Program-made: the position numbers and the translations under genes | In this document: positions 46,727 through 60,033 of the stretch, piece by piece | Numbering within the stretch: the stretch's first letter is position 1 | Layout: each line of letters begins with the position of its first letter | NCBI GenBank assembly: GCA_964187785.1 | Contig: OZ076409.1 | Span: 62,994,001 to 63,058,000, forward strand | DNA from: Amphiscolops sp. MND2022 | Lineage: Eukaryota | Length of the DNA: 64,000 nucleotides | Direction: 5' to 3' | Notes under the pieces: generated by a model | Databases searched by the model: none | Told to the model about the DNA's origin: nothing | The model's input: only the letters and a program-made list of their open reading frames with translations

Positions 46727-49700
46727 CAGCCAAGCATTTCTTATCGTGCGCTGCGTAGCAGGCATGGCTTATCTTTCACCAATCATAGTTGGTTTCATAT
46801 TTCAAATATACGCGGTATAATATAGAATTCTTCACTTGTGCAATTCCTTTCTCGTCACAGTACTTCGTCATCATTATTACCATCGTTATGGCCGCCGCCT
46901 TATGACCGCCATCTTTATCTACAACTCTCTCTCCCATAAACAAACGTTAGTTCTAGTTCATGTTTGTTTCTGTATTTGTTAGTTAAATATAGACTGCACT
47001 TTAGCACCTAATTATGTTTGTTAAAGCGTTAGTCATAACGCGACAGTACATTTGCTCTTTTTGAGCCTTAGGCAGGTCGCCGACTCATGCCGTTCCCGGC
47101 TTGTTTTGTAGTTTAAGATTCATAAAGACGCCGACTTATGCGGTTCTCGGCTTGTTTCATAATTTAAGGTTCCCAAAGACTAGAGACATTTTACTTCGCT
47201 GGCAGAAAATTTCAAAGTGCAAGATTTTTAATGTTCGTTTGACCGAAAAGTCTCAGAAGCCTAAATTTCTAAATATTCTATGTAAATTGAAATCTTATTT
47301 TCCGTTTCGCAATGAATCAAAAAACGCAAAAACTAATATATTTTGGATTTTCGGGAGATCTTTGTATAGTTACTCATGCACTATAGTTAACAAGGAAAAA
47401 TCTCATCTAATGCTTGCATATTGATGGTCTAAATTCCCTAATTCAGCACCTAATTCACCGAGTTATCTGACATATGGTTTAAGAAAACAGCATTTTGGGA
47501 CTACTTAAGTGAAGCTGGCTCAGTTCTTAATACAATCCCAGAGCAAAATGTCTTGAAACTCTTGTATAGATCTTACATATTCTCATATACTATTGAAAGC
47601 GTTGATAAGATCTTGCTTCACACAGATCTCTTGACTTTTATGAAATGAATTTTGGTAAGAGTTTCATCAAGAGTGGCAAGAAAATAAATAACTTACGGAA
47701 CAACCAATAGTTTTGTTTACAATTACACTGCTATTGCTCGAAGTACCATCTTCACTATCACAAGGTTTTGAAATTTAGGATCGATTTATTATTGAAATAA
47801 AGCTCGACTAACAGAGGGTTCGTGTGTCGTTTTGTACTTCATCAATTTTTTTGATTTTCTCAATCTGGTCGACGTGACCGTAAATTGTTTAAAATACGAC
47901 GAAAACGATTCAAAGGGTTCTCCTTCTTTCTTTTCATGCAATGTACAACATTTTCTGAATTTTTGATTTCTCCAAAAATGTTTTTTTACTTTTTGACAAC
48001 TTCAGCCCGAAAGTTGTTTTTCAAGACTGTGAGACTATTGTCATCAGCCTTCCAGCATATTTGAGGATAATATAGCCAAAAAAACTCTTCTAGTTTTTGT
48101 TCCTCAACGTAAGATTGTCTTTAACCGGGGCGTCGACAAACCAAAGTTGAGTTTGAAAAACAAGATAGGATCGCTTCATTCAGAATTTTCCAATGATGAG
48201 TGCAAACATAATCTTTGCCAGTCTAGAATATGATTTTCGTGTTTAAGAATTGGTTCCCATTTTACAATGACGTAGTTTAGGTTTATTAACGACTGAAAAT
48301 ACGACAGGATAAATTTGAAAATTCGGCAACGAATAATCCAGGAAACGTAGCTATTATATCGTTCATCTTCGAAGACGCCATCATTCATCTTCATCCTGAA
48401 AGTTTCATCGCCGTCATGAAATGAAAAACTGGCTGGTTATTTTTTTCTATTCTTAATCTTCTAATCTTTCTAAATCTTAATCTCTTTTCTCTTTTTGTCG
48501 AGGACTCTTTCCAGAAAGTTTTAGGAATCAGTCTGAAGATGAGAGTTTGAAGGCCCAGGAGACCAATTCCTTTGTTCCATCTGCTGCCTAGCAGTACAAA
48601 GTGGCTTCACATCTTGCAAAAGAGTAGTGATGAATCTGCACCTTTTTAGAACTAATGTAACCTAGAATGATTTGGATATATTGCAATTTCATTACCGAGT
48701 TTTTTGGCCTTGAAAACTATAAAAAACAATGTAGTGTAAAATTTTTTCGATAGATTGCCCACATATAACATTATCAGTTATAACTTGAGCTGGGTTAGCG
48801 TTTTCGAAAGTAAAAGTCAAAAAATGTTTGTATCAAAATTATATTTGCCGTCCTCCTCAACACTTTTCGTTAAATAAATAGAACCAGTGAAAGTAACAAT
48901 TGTCAGTCTATGAGCCTCAAAATCAAAAAGGCTGCACTAAAAATATTTTCGACACTTTGTGCGGAAATAATTTCGATAAAACTTCCCGCTGAGTTTTTGA
49001 AAATTTTTTGTTCCCGTTGGATTATTTTCTCACGTTCTCTGTGATACATTGTTGCTGATAGGAGGTGTCTTGTTTTGTTTCTTTCTACATACAGAATACA
49101 ACAAATATTGCAAAGACACCGCGCTTGTTTCAAGTTTTGTCGGAATGTAAGTGCTTGACGTCCTACTCTTGGCGTTGATTTTTTCGCGGGCGTAAATTTC
49201 AACTGGAGTGCAGGCTTATTTGATACACCCCACTGTTGGAAAACTTTGGAACAAATCATGCATATGGTTACTTGCCTGGGCAAACCTAACCCAAATTAAA
49301 ACAACAATCTTCTATTTCAGACAAAATATGAGGACCGCCTTTTTACATTGCAGGAAAACACTTGCTAAGACTTGATATCTTATGTTTGTCAAAAATGCTC
49401 GGTCAAGTTGTTTTGGAAAAAATCGACCCAATTTGTGAGTTTGCCAAGTTCGGTATATTTCATCCGTAACAAAAAACGTAATACCAATAGTTTCCAGTTC
49501 ATTCATGCATGAAAAAACCTTTTTTCCAGAAGTTTGTGCAAAAAGGTACGATTAGCAAGTGTCTTTGGCAAAATGCTTTGGTTTTTGGATAAGCGAGCGA
49601 ATTAATTGCAGTAGTGAGATTATTTATTCATACAAACGCACGTATCTTTGCGAAAATTGTCTCGCTAACTGTTCCTTATCGAATGCTTGCTCCGCTACCG

Positions 49701-52700
49701 TATTCTTTTTTCCGCAAAAACTTCTCATCTCAGGAAAAAGAATTCCTGTTTGCTTGATCCGTGGCGTTTGAGTATTGCTTTCGGCTAATTAACTTAGTTT
49801 GATAATTTAACCTTTTTCGCAATTCTTTGATTTTGTTGGCCTTTAAATTTGATTCGTTTTTAAATATCTAAAACCAATTTGCTTTATTTTGCATGTATTC
49901 CGTTGCTTGAAACATTTTTCGTATTAGGCAAATGATAGCGATATGCACAAATTGACCACGCCTTATTTTTTTCTACCAAATAAGCCCTTTCCAACAGTAG
50001 GTTGATACAAAATGGACGGTGATTATTAAAGATTTTTCCCAGACCAGGCGGAGTTTACGTGAAAGCGATAAGACCTCTGTGATGCCTTTACAGAAAGCTA
50101 TCGGTTTTTTTGACGAAAGGTTCTTGAAAACTGTCACAATTTAAGCTGATTGTTTTTTCCTACGAAAAATGATTTCACATTTTTTGCTAATATTTGTTAC
50201 ATTGTTATCTTCATCGGTATAACGTCTGTCATTGAGTTTATGGGAAAATGCGAAACATTTTTGGGAATTTTGATCACTTCAGTCAGAAATGAAAATGAGG
50301 TGAACTTCAGACGAATATCTCAGAAGTCGAGTTAAAATAACTATTTGAAAGATGTCAATTCTAGAAACTGTTAGCAAGCTTTTCTGAAATACTTGAAAAA
50401 TTCAACAAAAAGCGATGAATAAGAAGTGAATTTGAAACATGTTTCGTTTATCACTGGAACGTGAAAGGTTTTGTGACTGTCTGTTTTACCGTGTTTCTTT
50501 TAGTCGGCGCTCTTGAAAAGAGCTGACTATGGTCATAGCTTTTCGTCAGTGTTTTTTTCGATACACCTGAAGTCACCAAAATAGTTCTACCAAAAGTTCT
50601 ACAAAATTTTAAATTGTCCCTGTTGACCCAGAGAACTGAACCAAAAAGGTTTCCCGCGTAACATAGAATACCGGACGAGACCAAAAGGTCTCCCCGTTCA
50701 GTTTTTTTAGCATTGCGAGACTTTTTTTCGGAAAAAAATTTCTCCAAAGTGTCCCCTTCAATTTTTTTAGAGTTTTGCGGCAGAATGGATGTTGAAAAAT
50801 CCTGAAGGGTCCCCCTTTTCAATTTTTTAGACATTGTGAGACTTTTTTCAAAAAAAATTTTCGGGTGCTGTAGAAGACAATACTTTGATACTTTGAAGTC
50901 CTTTTGCAATTTTTGAGCCTTAGATATGGCGTCGACTTGGGCCGGTCCCGGCTTGTTATTAAAAAGTATGTATATCAATACTTAAATATTAGTTAATAGT
51001 TAAAACAATTATAAAGGCATAGCTTATAATTGCGCAATGCGCCACATAATGTCCCAATAACGGTACGCTGTACATTCGGGAAATTTTTCACATGCCATAA
51101 TTAGGGAAAGCCGTTCGAAATTTTCGATTTTTACGAAGAATTCAGGATTCAATTAATTATAAGTTAGTAAGATTTAATTAACTATAAGATTCAATTAACT
51201 TAAGAGCGGTAAAAACTGATCGTGTGTTACATCGGAGCATGACTTATAATAGGACAAACACGACAAAACCTTTACATCTCCAAACAAGCTGGGAACTGCC
51301 CAAGTCGGCGCCATATCTAAGGCTCAACAAATTGAGCTGGAACTGCTTTCGGCCATACTCTAGAAATTTTTTCGTTCGTCATCCGTTTGTAAATTCCACC
51401 TGTAATCTCCACAATTTGGGCTCGCTCCAAGACACCAATCATTTACTGGCTGGACAATGCGAGCTATGGTTTGGGGGTTTTGGTTTTGCTCCAAGGTTAG
51501 ACAATAACACCATGATGAGTGATCAACGTGGTTCAGAACAGGGCTCACAGGAGGCCAGTGTACAAGTGATTTCCGGTTCTTGACACGTCCGAAAACTTGA
51601 AATTCAGCCAATTCATGACAGTATTAGACGTGTCGCTTGGTGCTCCATTTTGTTTGAATCAAATTGCTTCGTTGAGCGTCAAACATCCCCGCAGCATTTC
51701 CAAATGAGACTTTGATTGACAATCAGAATCAGATAAGCTTTTGTCCAATACGTGGGTTTCGGATGAACCCCAAAATCGCCAGGGTGTGGTCACAAATATC
51801 AACGAAAAGAACTGAAGAGTGCAGGTACCAATCGGAGGCAATATCATGGTTTTACGTATTGGACAAAAGCTTATCTGATTCTTCTGGTTTTTGAACGATT
51901 TTGGGCAACCTGTGATTTTTAGTGACGAAAAGTGGTACCACTTTTCGTCCCTAAAAAGCACTTTTCGTTGCGAATCACGGCCTTGAGCTTGGAATCTGAC
52001 AATATGTCTCGCAACTCAAAGATTGATGTTTTGGGTTGCCCTGCCCTATTGAAAATGTTTTCGTACACCAAACACGTCACTGATGTACCTTTCATTTGAA
52101 GATGCAATCAAGCGGCGACTGATGTTAGTACGGTCGCAATTCCGTGTTTTTCGAATCTTTCCAAAATTTGGGCAAAATCTTTGGCTGAACAAGTGTATTT
52201 TGCACGTCCAGATGTTTCATATTTCATCAGAAACTTGCGTAGAACGTCAACTGTAGCTGCATCACCGCCACTCAAATCACACGATAAAAACCTGTTGTTC
52301 TTTTGTAAATTGTACGTTGAACGGTGCAACGAATTGTACCGAATAACACATTCGCGAAATCTGGAAATCGTGCTACTTGAAAGCACTTTGCGGGAAATGC
52401 CATGTACACTTTTAAAAACACATCCTTCATAGATCTATGGCTAAGTGTGAAGAGAATGTTCCAAGTTGGATAATGAACATTTAAAAGTTGCCACCTTGCT
52501 GTAAACACTCTGTAGACCATTTAATATTTTGCCTTTTTGTCGTTTTATTTTGTGTCATTTAGTCGGCGCTTTATCCTTTTAAGGAAAAATGCCCGACTAT
52601 AGCAGTGACTTTTTTCTTCAGACTACAATCCTCACACTGATCGGTCCATTTTTTAGAAACAATCCTGAAACCACCTAAGGCCGAGTCCGGCCAAGGCAAA

Positions 52701-53667
52701 CTGAGTCCAAAGGTTCCCCCTTTCATTTTTTACTTTTTCAAGGTAACCTACAAAACCGGACGGGACTAAATGAGTCCCATATTCGATTTTTTCGGCACTG
52801 TGCGACTTTTTTCGAAAAAATTTTTAATGTCTCAAAAGGGTCCCCTTCGAGTTTTTTCATATTTTGCAACTGAATGTATGTTAATAAATCCCGAAGGGTC
52901 CCCCCTTTACATTTTTCGGCACTATGCGACATTTTCCGAAAGAAGAAATGTCAAAAATTTTATGTTTTTTTTCCAAACAAAATGTTTTGCGCTTTTTGAG
53001 CCTTAGATATAGCGCCAACTTTAGACGTCCTCGTCTTGTTTCAATCCACTGGAAGTGACCCAAAAAGTTATACAAAAGTTGCATTTTCGCCTAGCATCTG
53101 AAGAGCATCCAAACTAGTCAAAGAGTCTCTCCTTCGAAAAAGTTTCATCTTTACTTGATATTCGAAGATGTATCAGACCAAAGAGTCTCTCTATATTGAG
53201 ATTTTGGAAACTTGTTTAATCACTGAATGTTCCTCCGTTTTCGTTGTTGTCTTCAGTCAGGAAAAGGTTTTTTTGAGTCCCGAAGGTCTCCTCTTTGAAT
53301 ATTTTTGGCGCGGAGATTTGCCAAATTATTTCTTAAAACCGCAGTTGAGCATATTTCCTTTCGAGTCTTCAGCAGGCGCTGACTTCAGTTTTTGGCCGGC
53401 TTGTTTCAAGCACAATTGTTTATCCAATAAAATTATGCTTTTGGTTTTTAAAAAAAGGTGGTGATATTTAGAAGAAATATGATACTCTCTGTGACTAGTT
53501 AGCATTTTTTTATCATCAATCAGTATACTTTTAATATACAAAGTTTCATTCAGTTTTTTCCAGCCGTTTTTGGGGCTGACCCAAAAATTTTTGAAAACTT
53601 CTCGAGAATTGTCTTGGGTTTTGTGCATAGATTTAATTTTTTGTTTTGAAATCTCCATGTTTTCTAG

Positions 53668-53964
53668 GAAATGCGAATCCGAAGTTACTTCCAGTGGAGG
53701 AACTTGGTGTGTCCACAGCCACTGTGTGTTGGCGCAAAGGCAATGACGTCATGGCCCAAGATTTCCGACTGGTGTTGACGTCATACGACGACGAGCCAAT
53801 GACGTTCGACGCCAGTGGCGCCGTCCAATCAGGGGAAAAAGCGTGTTACGCAGTGGAGGAACTGCAGTCGGGTACTCAGTACATGGCAGGCCTCACCTGG
53901 AGGAATTCCATCTATCAACAGCAATATTCAGACAGCAACGTCACGTTTTCAACTGCAGAAAATC
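53668..53964 (+). CDS. Host internal exon encoding one fibronectin type III domain (99 codons, phase 1-1)
   Basis: tttctAG| acceptor and |GTGAGT donor; 297 bp; STATVCW...YAVEELQSGTQY...NVTFST FN3 signature; GC-richer than its flanks. Confidence 0.82.
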
Positions 53965-55039
53965 GTGAGTTTTTACCTTGCTCTATTCTAAAATCTTAAT
54001 CTTATCTTTTTATAAAAAGTTATGCGTAATTATTTAATAAGTCTTCATATTTAAAACAATTAAAGCCTGCTTTAAAAATGAGCTGCCATGAGGTTCGAAT
54101 CTACAACTTATTGGCTGAGCTCTCAATCAATCAAGCTGCAAGAAAACTTTATGGCCATAAAGTCCATGTGATACTACTTCATGTAACAAGAGGCGCAGTA
54201 GCACTACATTTTTTTCGCTTGCTGTAACAAGACGCATCAAGGAAAAAATTGGACGCTGTCAGGGGTTGAACAAATGGTCCCTACTTTTCGTTACATAAAT
54301 CGGCAACAAACATCAAAAATTAGGACATACAGCAATTTTATTTTCATATCCGTTACATCAGAAAACAGTTTTTATCAATGATCAATTTGGAAACGCACAA
54401 AAGTGTGAAATCGATTAGGCTCGATTCCCTCCTTCTTCTTTATAATTTACTGCAATGTGTCTAGATTAAACAATCGTTGCACCTCTAATATACATTATAC
54501 CAGATCAATTTGAGAAATGCGAACTCTGGCCTTTTTCCTGTGAAGGCTTAATAAAAACCGGAAGTAACGTAACAAAACGGATATAGCGCAGTTTTCATTG
54601 AAATAGAAGTTATATCCGAACAAATATTAGTATAGTTCAGTTTAGAAGATACAGGAAACCGGCACTGCTTAGATGTCAACTCCCGTCCCGAGGGAGGGCT
54701 ATTTTGTGAAAGAAACGCCCCAAAAATGTATGCCAAAAAGAACATGAGGGGTTCTTCTGAAACGCATTTTCTTTACTGTAGCCATGAAAAAATGGAAGAG
54801 GAGACCTTTTGTTGGTATGATTTTTTTCAAAACGAGTCAAACTGTCGAAAAAAAGGGGTCTCATTTATTTTTAAAAGAAGTAAAAGTAAAAGAATCGAAT
54901 GGGGAATCTTTCCGTGGATGCATTTTTACATACATCTTAGGGTAACTCTGTTCAAAAAGTGAATCATTTTTTTTCAAAAAAAAGCAGAGTTCCGAAAATA
55001 AACTTTCTTTCTTCTTGAAAAATTTATATTCATGTTTCC

Positions 55040-56808
55040 TGTAAGAAAATTTAGCTACAAGGGTTGGAGAGAAAACCCAAGGGCTCAACTCTTAACAGAA
55101 AGGTTTTTTGTTTGGTAGGTAAGGCTTCTGCGTCGATTACTTTTCTCTCCAAATTGCTCTTCGGCTCTAATTATCCCAAAAAAAGGTCGACTGATGAGAT
55201 GATACAATTACTTCTATACAGCAAAGTTAACACTATCACAGCAAAGGTAACACTAAATAATTCGCAACCGCCAAACTGAACAATCTCTATCTCTATGAAT
55301 AGGAGAACAACCCGCGATTCAGCCAGTTACGTTAGGCGAGTCCAATCTTGTTAAAGCTCCGACTTCAACAAAGTCACAAGTCCCGGACTTGTCAGTAAAT
55401 CTTCTTTAGGCTATCGACAACAAGATATCTAGAAGTGTCTCTTGTCTCCGCGAGACTCAACTTTTTTCTAGCTCTCTAACTCGGTTGTGTCTCTTCGATT
55501 CTGTTCTAATTCCGCCTCATTTATATTTATTTATCGCGCGTGTTTCTGGTGATCGGATCTTAACATTCTATCATACGTGACATTTTCATTACATACAGGG
55601 CGTCGGCATATTGAGTTTGCATGTGTTTACCTTCATGTTTATCCATTCCTTTTATAGTAAGGCAAACGCCACCGGTTCTACTTCAGCTAAACATTCTTTG
55701 CCGCCAACGACAAGTAATTCACATCTTGTCCAAAGTTCACATTTCAATAATAATTCAAGTTACCCGAGATATTTTTAACATCGAAGAAATTGTTCAATGA
55801 CCTTCAATTACATGTTTTATATGTTCTTTACGTGTAAGGGGTACTTTTCTATCATCCTAGGTGCAATACATCGCGAATCGTTCCGCCTTACTGAAATGCA
55901 TAAATTATTGCTTAAAGACGCTGATTTACATGTTTTATTGTACGTTTTTCCATAGATTTCGGGGATACATCTAAAATGACCTTGGGGTCCGTCCGTGACC
56001 TTGAAGTTATTTGTCCTCATCTAAGTTTGCTATATGACAAGTTATACCGTCCCAGGGTCAATGGTTTTCGAGTTACATGATATGCGTATCGTTTGTTTAC
56101 TTAAGACGGTCACCCCCGCACGGGTTATATATACGGTTTCCTTCACGTTAGTAATCAACTAAATTCATCATTCCTAGATATTACAAGCCAAGATCAAATG
56201 TCATTTATCGGTCGGGCCCGCGCGTCCGGTCCCGCGTGCCTTAAACAAACATTACTCCGCGCGTGGTAGACCGATTGATGTATCTTTCATGTATTTTACT
56301 TAGGGTCGCTATGTGAACATATTGGGTAAGTTTCATGATCATCGGGCCATCCGGTGGCTATTTACAAAACATTCGACGTTTATTTACTTAGTGTCCGTGC
56401 ACCTCCTACACGCGTCATAGGGTTCCGAAAACATGCGCAAACGGCCTACTTTCACATGGGCTATAAATTCCATATATAATACGACTTATTCCGTGCTTGT
56501 CCGACGAGTTCGTAGGGGGGTCGACCTAGGTCACTTCCGGTGCTAATAGCTCGAGACTGGGGGGAGGTACGAGGTCGGGTACTCCGAGTCGAAAGTTGAG
56601 TTACCGCCTCTAGTTTATGCATGCCAAATTTCAGCTTGATCGGACAAGTCCTTCCCAAAAAAGGGGGTGGCCCTTTTTCCCTCAGATCTCTGTTTCCGTC
56701 CAAAGAAAAACTTAGTAAAATTCAATCGAATCAGTCGATTCTAACTTAGCTAATTCGAACAACATAGATAGGCTTTTTCTACAGTCACCAAAATCTAAAA
56801 ATTCCACA
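55040..56808 (-). repeat. 3' LTR of element 2 (1769 bp)
   Basis: Direct repeat of 60143-61928; abuts the PPT. Confidence 0.95.
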
Positions 56809-56820
56809 CTCTTCCCTTCT
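56809..56820 (-). promoter_or_regulatory. PPT of element 2 (AGAAGGGAAGAG)
   Basis: Pure purine 12-mer abutting the TG of the 3' LTR. Confidence 0.88.
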
Positions 56821-57482
56821 GGACTTTTATTCTCCCGAATAAACTTAGCGGTATTGTCAATGGCTGAATCGTGGGATCTAGGTTAAACATATATAACAGG
56901 GTAGATGAGGGGCGTTGGTCAAAGAATCGATAGCACCGCTGGTTACTTATCTACAATAATGATGAACTAGTATAACATCCAATTAAAAAGAAACAATAAG
57001 GTAGGCAATTAAAACATCAGTTAGAGAGACTATAAAATAACAAAGACTAAAAACAACTCGACTCATTCTGTAGTCTCCTACGAATCATTGACGCACAAGG
57101 GGGGGGGTCGTACGAAATCGCTCATATAGTCTATTAAATTGAGGACATCCTCATGAACGGGTCTCGTTGGGTCGTGAAAATTATACGCAGGAACATGCTT
57201 TGAGCATTGGGGGGGGGGTTGACATTGTTTCGATGCGCCATTGTTTTAGTAATACCCAAAATTCTAATATCTAGCACTTGTAATTCGAAATTCTTTCTTC
57301 ACTTCTGCTCGCTTCGATACAACGTCAAAGGTATTCAAGTGTTCACGCGTGGGGCGTTATTTGATTCATATAAAAAAACAAAAACAAAAAAAAACGTAAG
57401 ATTGAGGAAAGTTTCACTATGGTTCATAAAGTCATCAAGCCGACTCGAAGTTTCGGGCCAAATACATCTAACCAAAGACACG

Positions 57483-58232
57483 TCAACCCTCCGAAGTGAT
57501 ATTTGTTCTTTGAGCCATCATCTTCTCACGTTTGTACGGTCCAGTGACATCCGGCTGACCCGCTGCGCGCTTGACTGTCCACAATCCTGCATTCTCGCTC
57601 CTCTCGAGTCGGAGAGACCGCAACCCTCGCTCCTTGAATTTTCCCAGTTCCGATTGTTGGTTCCTGTCGAACCAGTCGTCAATGTACCCCGAGCTGGAAG
57701 GTGCCGGCGAAGGGCGTTCTCCCCTTCTGTTTTCGACTTCGTCGAGGTCAGTCTCGCAATTGAGCGTCGGGTTCTGCTGGGGGGCTGCATACACTGTAAA
57801 AATTACGCGACCCCCTTTGAAGACGTCTTTAATTAGACTTCTTATTTCACTCCAATTCAGTTGATCCAACCCACAGTCGATCCTCGGCAGGCTTATTCTT
57901 TTGACTCCAGACCACTCAGCGTGGATCCTCATCTGTTGCAGTGACGTTTTCACGGAGTCGTAGGTCGGTTTCTCGAAGTATCGTTGTTTGGATACCAGGT
58001 GATACACGTAGCGACGTTCTTGTTCAATCCACTGCGCAAATAGGGGCTTAGTCTTGTGGTCGATGTCCTTTGGATAAGTGGTGGGATACCTCGTTTTGAC
58101 TTGCTTGGCGATTCCGGTCCCCATGTGGAAATCTGCCGAAACACAGTGAGCTAAACAATCTTTTGATGAGAATAGGTCTCCCTCAGTCGCTTCGTACTCC
58201 AGGTTTCCGAGTAACTCGTCACTTGCAACGTT
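57483..58232 (-). pseudogene. TARG1/OARD1-like (Poa1p-type) macrodomain reading frame, probable C-terminal pol remnant
   Basis: EGDLFSSKDCLAHCVSADFHMGTGIA...YVYHLVSK..KPTY..ISLPRIDCGLDQLNW..IKDVF aligns closely with human OARD1 (KGDLF..SLAHCISEDCRMGAGIA..YIYYLITK..KPTY..LSMPRIGCGLDRLQW). An upstream in-frame stop separates it from the protease. Confidence 0.88.
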
Positions 58233-58502
58233 TCAAAAAAGTGTCTTTTGATGAGGTTTCATGGTAGTGACGATCGGGCATCTGCTGCCATCGCACCGGT
58301 AATCGGAGGCTGTCGTCGATACCATGCGGAAATCAGCCTCGGAGTCAACAATCATTGCGTCCCATCGCCCTTATGGCGGTTTCTCTTCGGAGTCCCATCT
58401 TGGATCCCTGCTTTCGAAAACTCTCGAGTGCTGAGTGGAGGGTGCCCACCGTGAGTGCTCAGTCTTCACGCTTTCACGACTGTTGTCCGTGCTCCGCTGG
58501 TA

Positions 58503-60033
58503 TCACCTGCTCTCATCTTCACTCCAAGCAACTACCATCATTTTCAGCGGTTCTGGGGATAGCGGGGGTAGGGACAATTCGTTTTTCCCAAAATCAACAA
58601 TAAAGTTGTGCTTCTTTAGGAATTTCAAGCCCAAAATAACTGATGGATCGCAGTGGGGAACCACCACAAACTCTTCCTGCTCCTCCATGGGTCCCAGATG
58701 CAATTTGAGGCGGACAATTCCCTTAGTCGTCACTGGTTGGCCGTCTACAGATCGCAACTCTCCACAAAACTCTTCGACCACGTCATCGAGTCTGAGCGAT
58801 TCCAACGTACTTGAGTTCACCACCACGTTCACACCAGCTCCCGTGTCTAAGAGAACGTCCATCTCTTTTCCCTCAATTCGTGCTTTCACAAAGACACCGC
58901 TGTTACAACCAGAACAGTCAACCACACGCACAGCGTTCAACGCTTTTCTTTCTATTGCTAGGCCGGCCCTCTCAACAATTTGTGCGGCTTTCTCTCTTGT
59001 CAATTTCCCATGCATCTCAGAAGCGTCTTCCACCACCACCTGCCGCTTGCGGCATTGTTGTGGAGAATGTCCAAAATCCTTGCAGACTAGGCATTTATCG
59101 GCTGCAAGACAACCGTCCACCTGGAACTTCAGGTCGTTCGCTACAGGGAAGGCCTCGTTTCTCCATGGGTCCGTCAACACAGCCCGCTTCTCAGGCCTCG
59201 CCGTTGTCGACATGGTTTCCAAAAACTTCATCATCATCTGTGTCATCTGGTCCATTGTTCTTGTGAGCTGGTGTAACTCTTCTTTCCACGGTTCGGGTGA
59301 ATAACCATGGAACTCACAACTTGAGTCTTGCTGCTTTTCAAACTCTTCGTACCTCTCTTGTTCATTCCATGAACGGCCACGTGTTCATTCGAGCAATAAC
59401 TTCCAAGTCAACGGCCCTGTTCACTAGATCCCCAAATGTTTGTGGGTTTTCTTTCAACAACTGAACTTCCAGTTGTACATCGCTGAAACCCTCGAGAAAC
59501 TTCTCCCGAAACAACTCGTCTCTCGTGTTTGGGTCCTTCTCCGAGTAGGCAATCTTTCCAATGTTTCTCACTCGTCGGGCAAATTCCCTCAGGGTTTCCT
59601 CTGGTTGCTGTTGAAGTTTTCTAAATTCTGCTTTCCCCAGACGGTCATTTCGCATCATTCCCATTTCTCGACCCAGGTGATTGAATAGGGCTGCTAACGT
59701 AGGTGCATCTGCCCCTTCAACTTGCTCTTTCAGCTCACGAGGTGCAGCGTTGTACTCGTCCAATGCGTACCCAATCAAGCACACAGGCGCAGCTTGCAGG
59801 CCTTGCAACTCCGTCCATCCATTCGCTCTGCCGACCCTGTAGAAGTGCGTTTTCCACTGAGCCCAATCAGGATAATTTTGTGAGGGGAAACTGTCAGGTC
59901 TGATTGCTCCAATTCCAAACAATCGGTTCTCATTCCCGTTGAGGCCCTGTATTACCCCTTGGGCAACGGCCTCCATTATTGCAAGACGCTCTTCATTCTC
60001 CATCCTTTGGGTGTCAATTGACTGCAATGGCAA
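58503..60033 (-). pseudogene. gag: Frameshifted gag-protease of element 2
   Basis: Capsid-like ORF 59362-60033 (QQPEETLREFARRV..FLEG); frame change near 59380; CLVCKDFGHSPQQC knuckle; VLLDTGAGVNVV and ILGLKFL protease in 58503-59255. Confidence 0.88.

Larger units (their letters stand above)
29055..47045 (-). mobile_element. Full-length Ty3/gypsy-type LTR retrotransposon / endogenous retrovirus-like element with env and accessory genes (element 1)
   Basis: Two ~1.63-kb direct repeats with TGTCGC...GCGACA termini; GTAC TSD at 29051-29054 and 47046-47049; PBS and PPT; gag then pol in PR-RT-RH-IN order (Ty3/gypsy order), followed by env-like and accessory ORFs. Confidence 0.97.
45417..47045 (-). 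repeat. 5' LTR of element 1 (1629 bp)
   Basis: Direct repeat of 29055-30684. The only difference I noticed is T4 vs T5 in a homopolymer (gacttttcat vs gactttttcat). Adjacent to the PBS. Confidence 0.97.

Noticed and set aside
50451..50978. 175-aa minus-strand ORF
   Set aside because: Lies wholly within the dispersed non-coding repeat family; K/F-rich low-information translation.
57207..59304. Plus-strand ORFs of 209 aa (57207-57836) and 289 aa (58435-59304)
   Set aside because: Antisense shadows of the macrodomain and gag-protease frames with no independent motifs.
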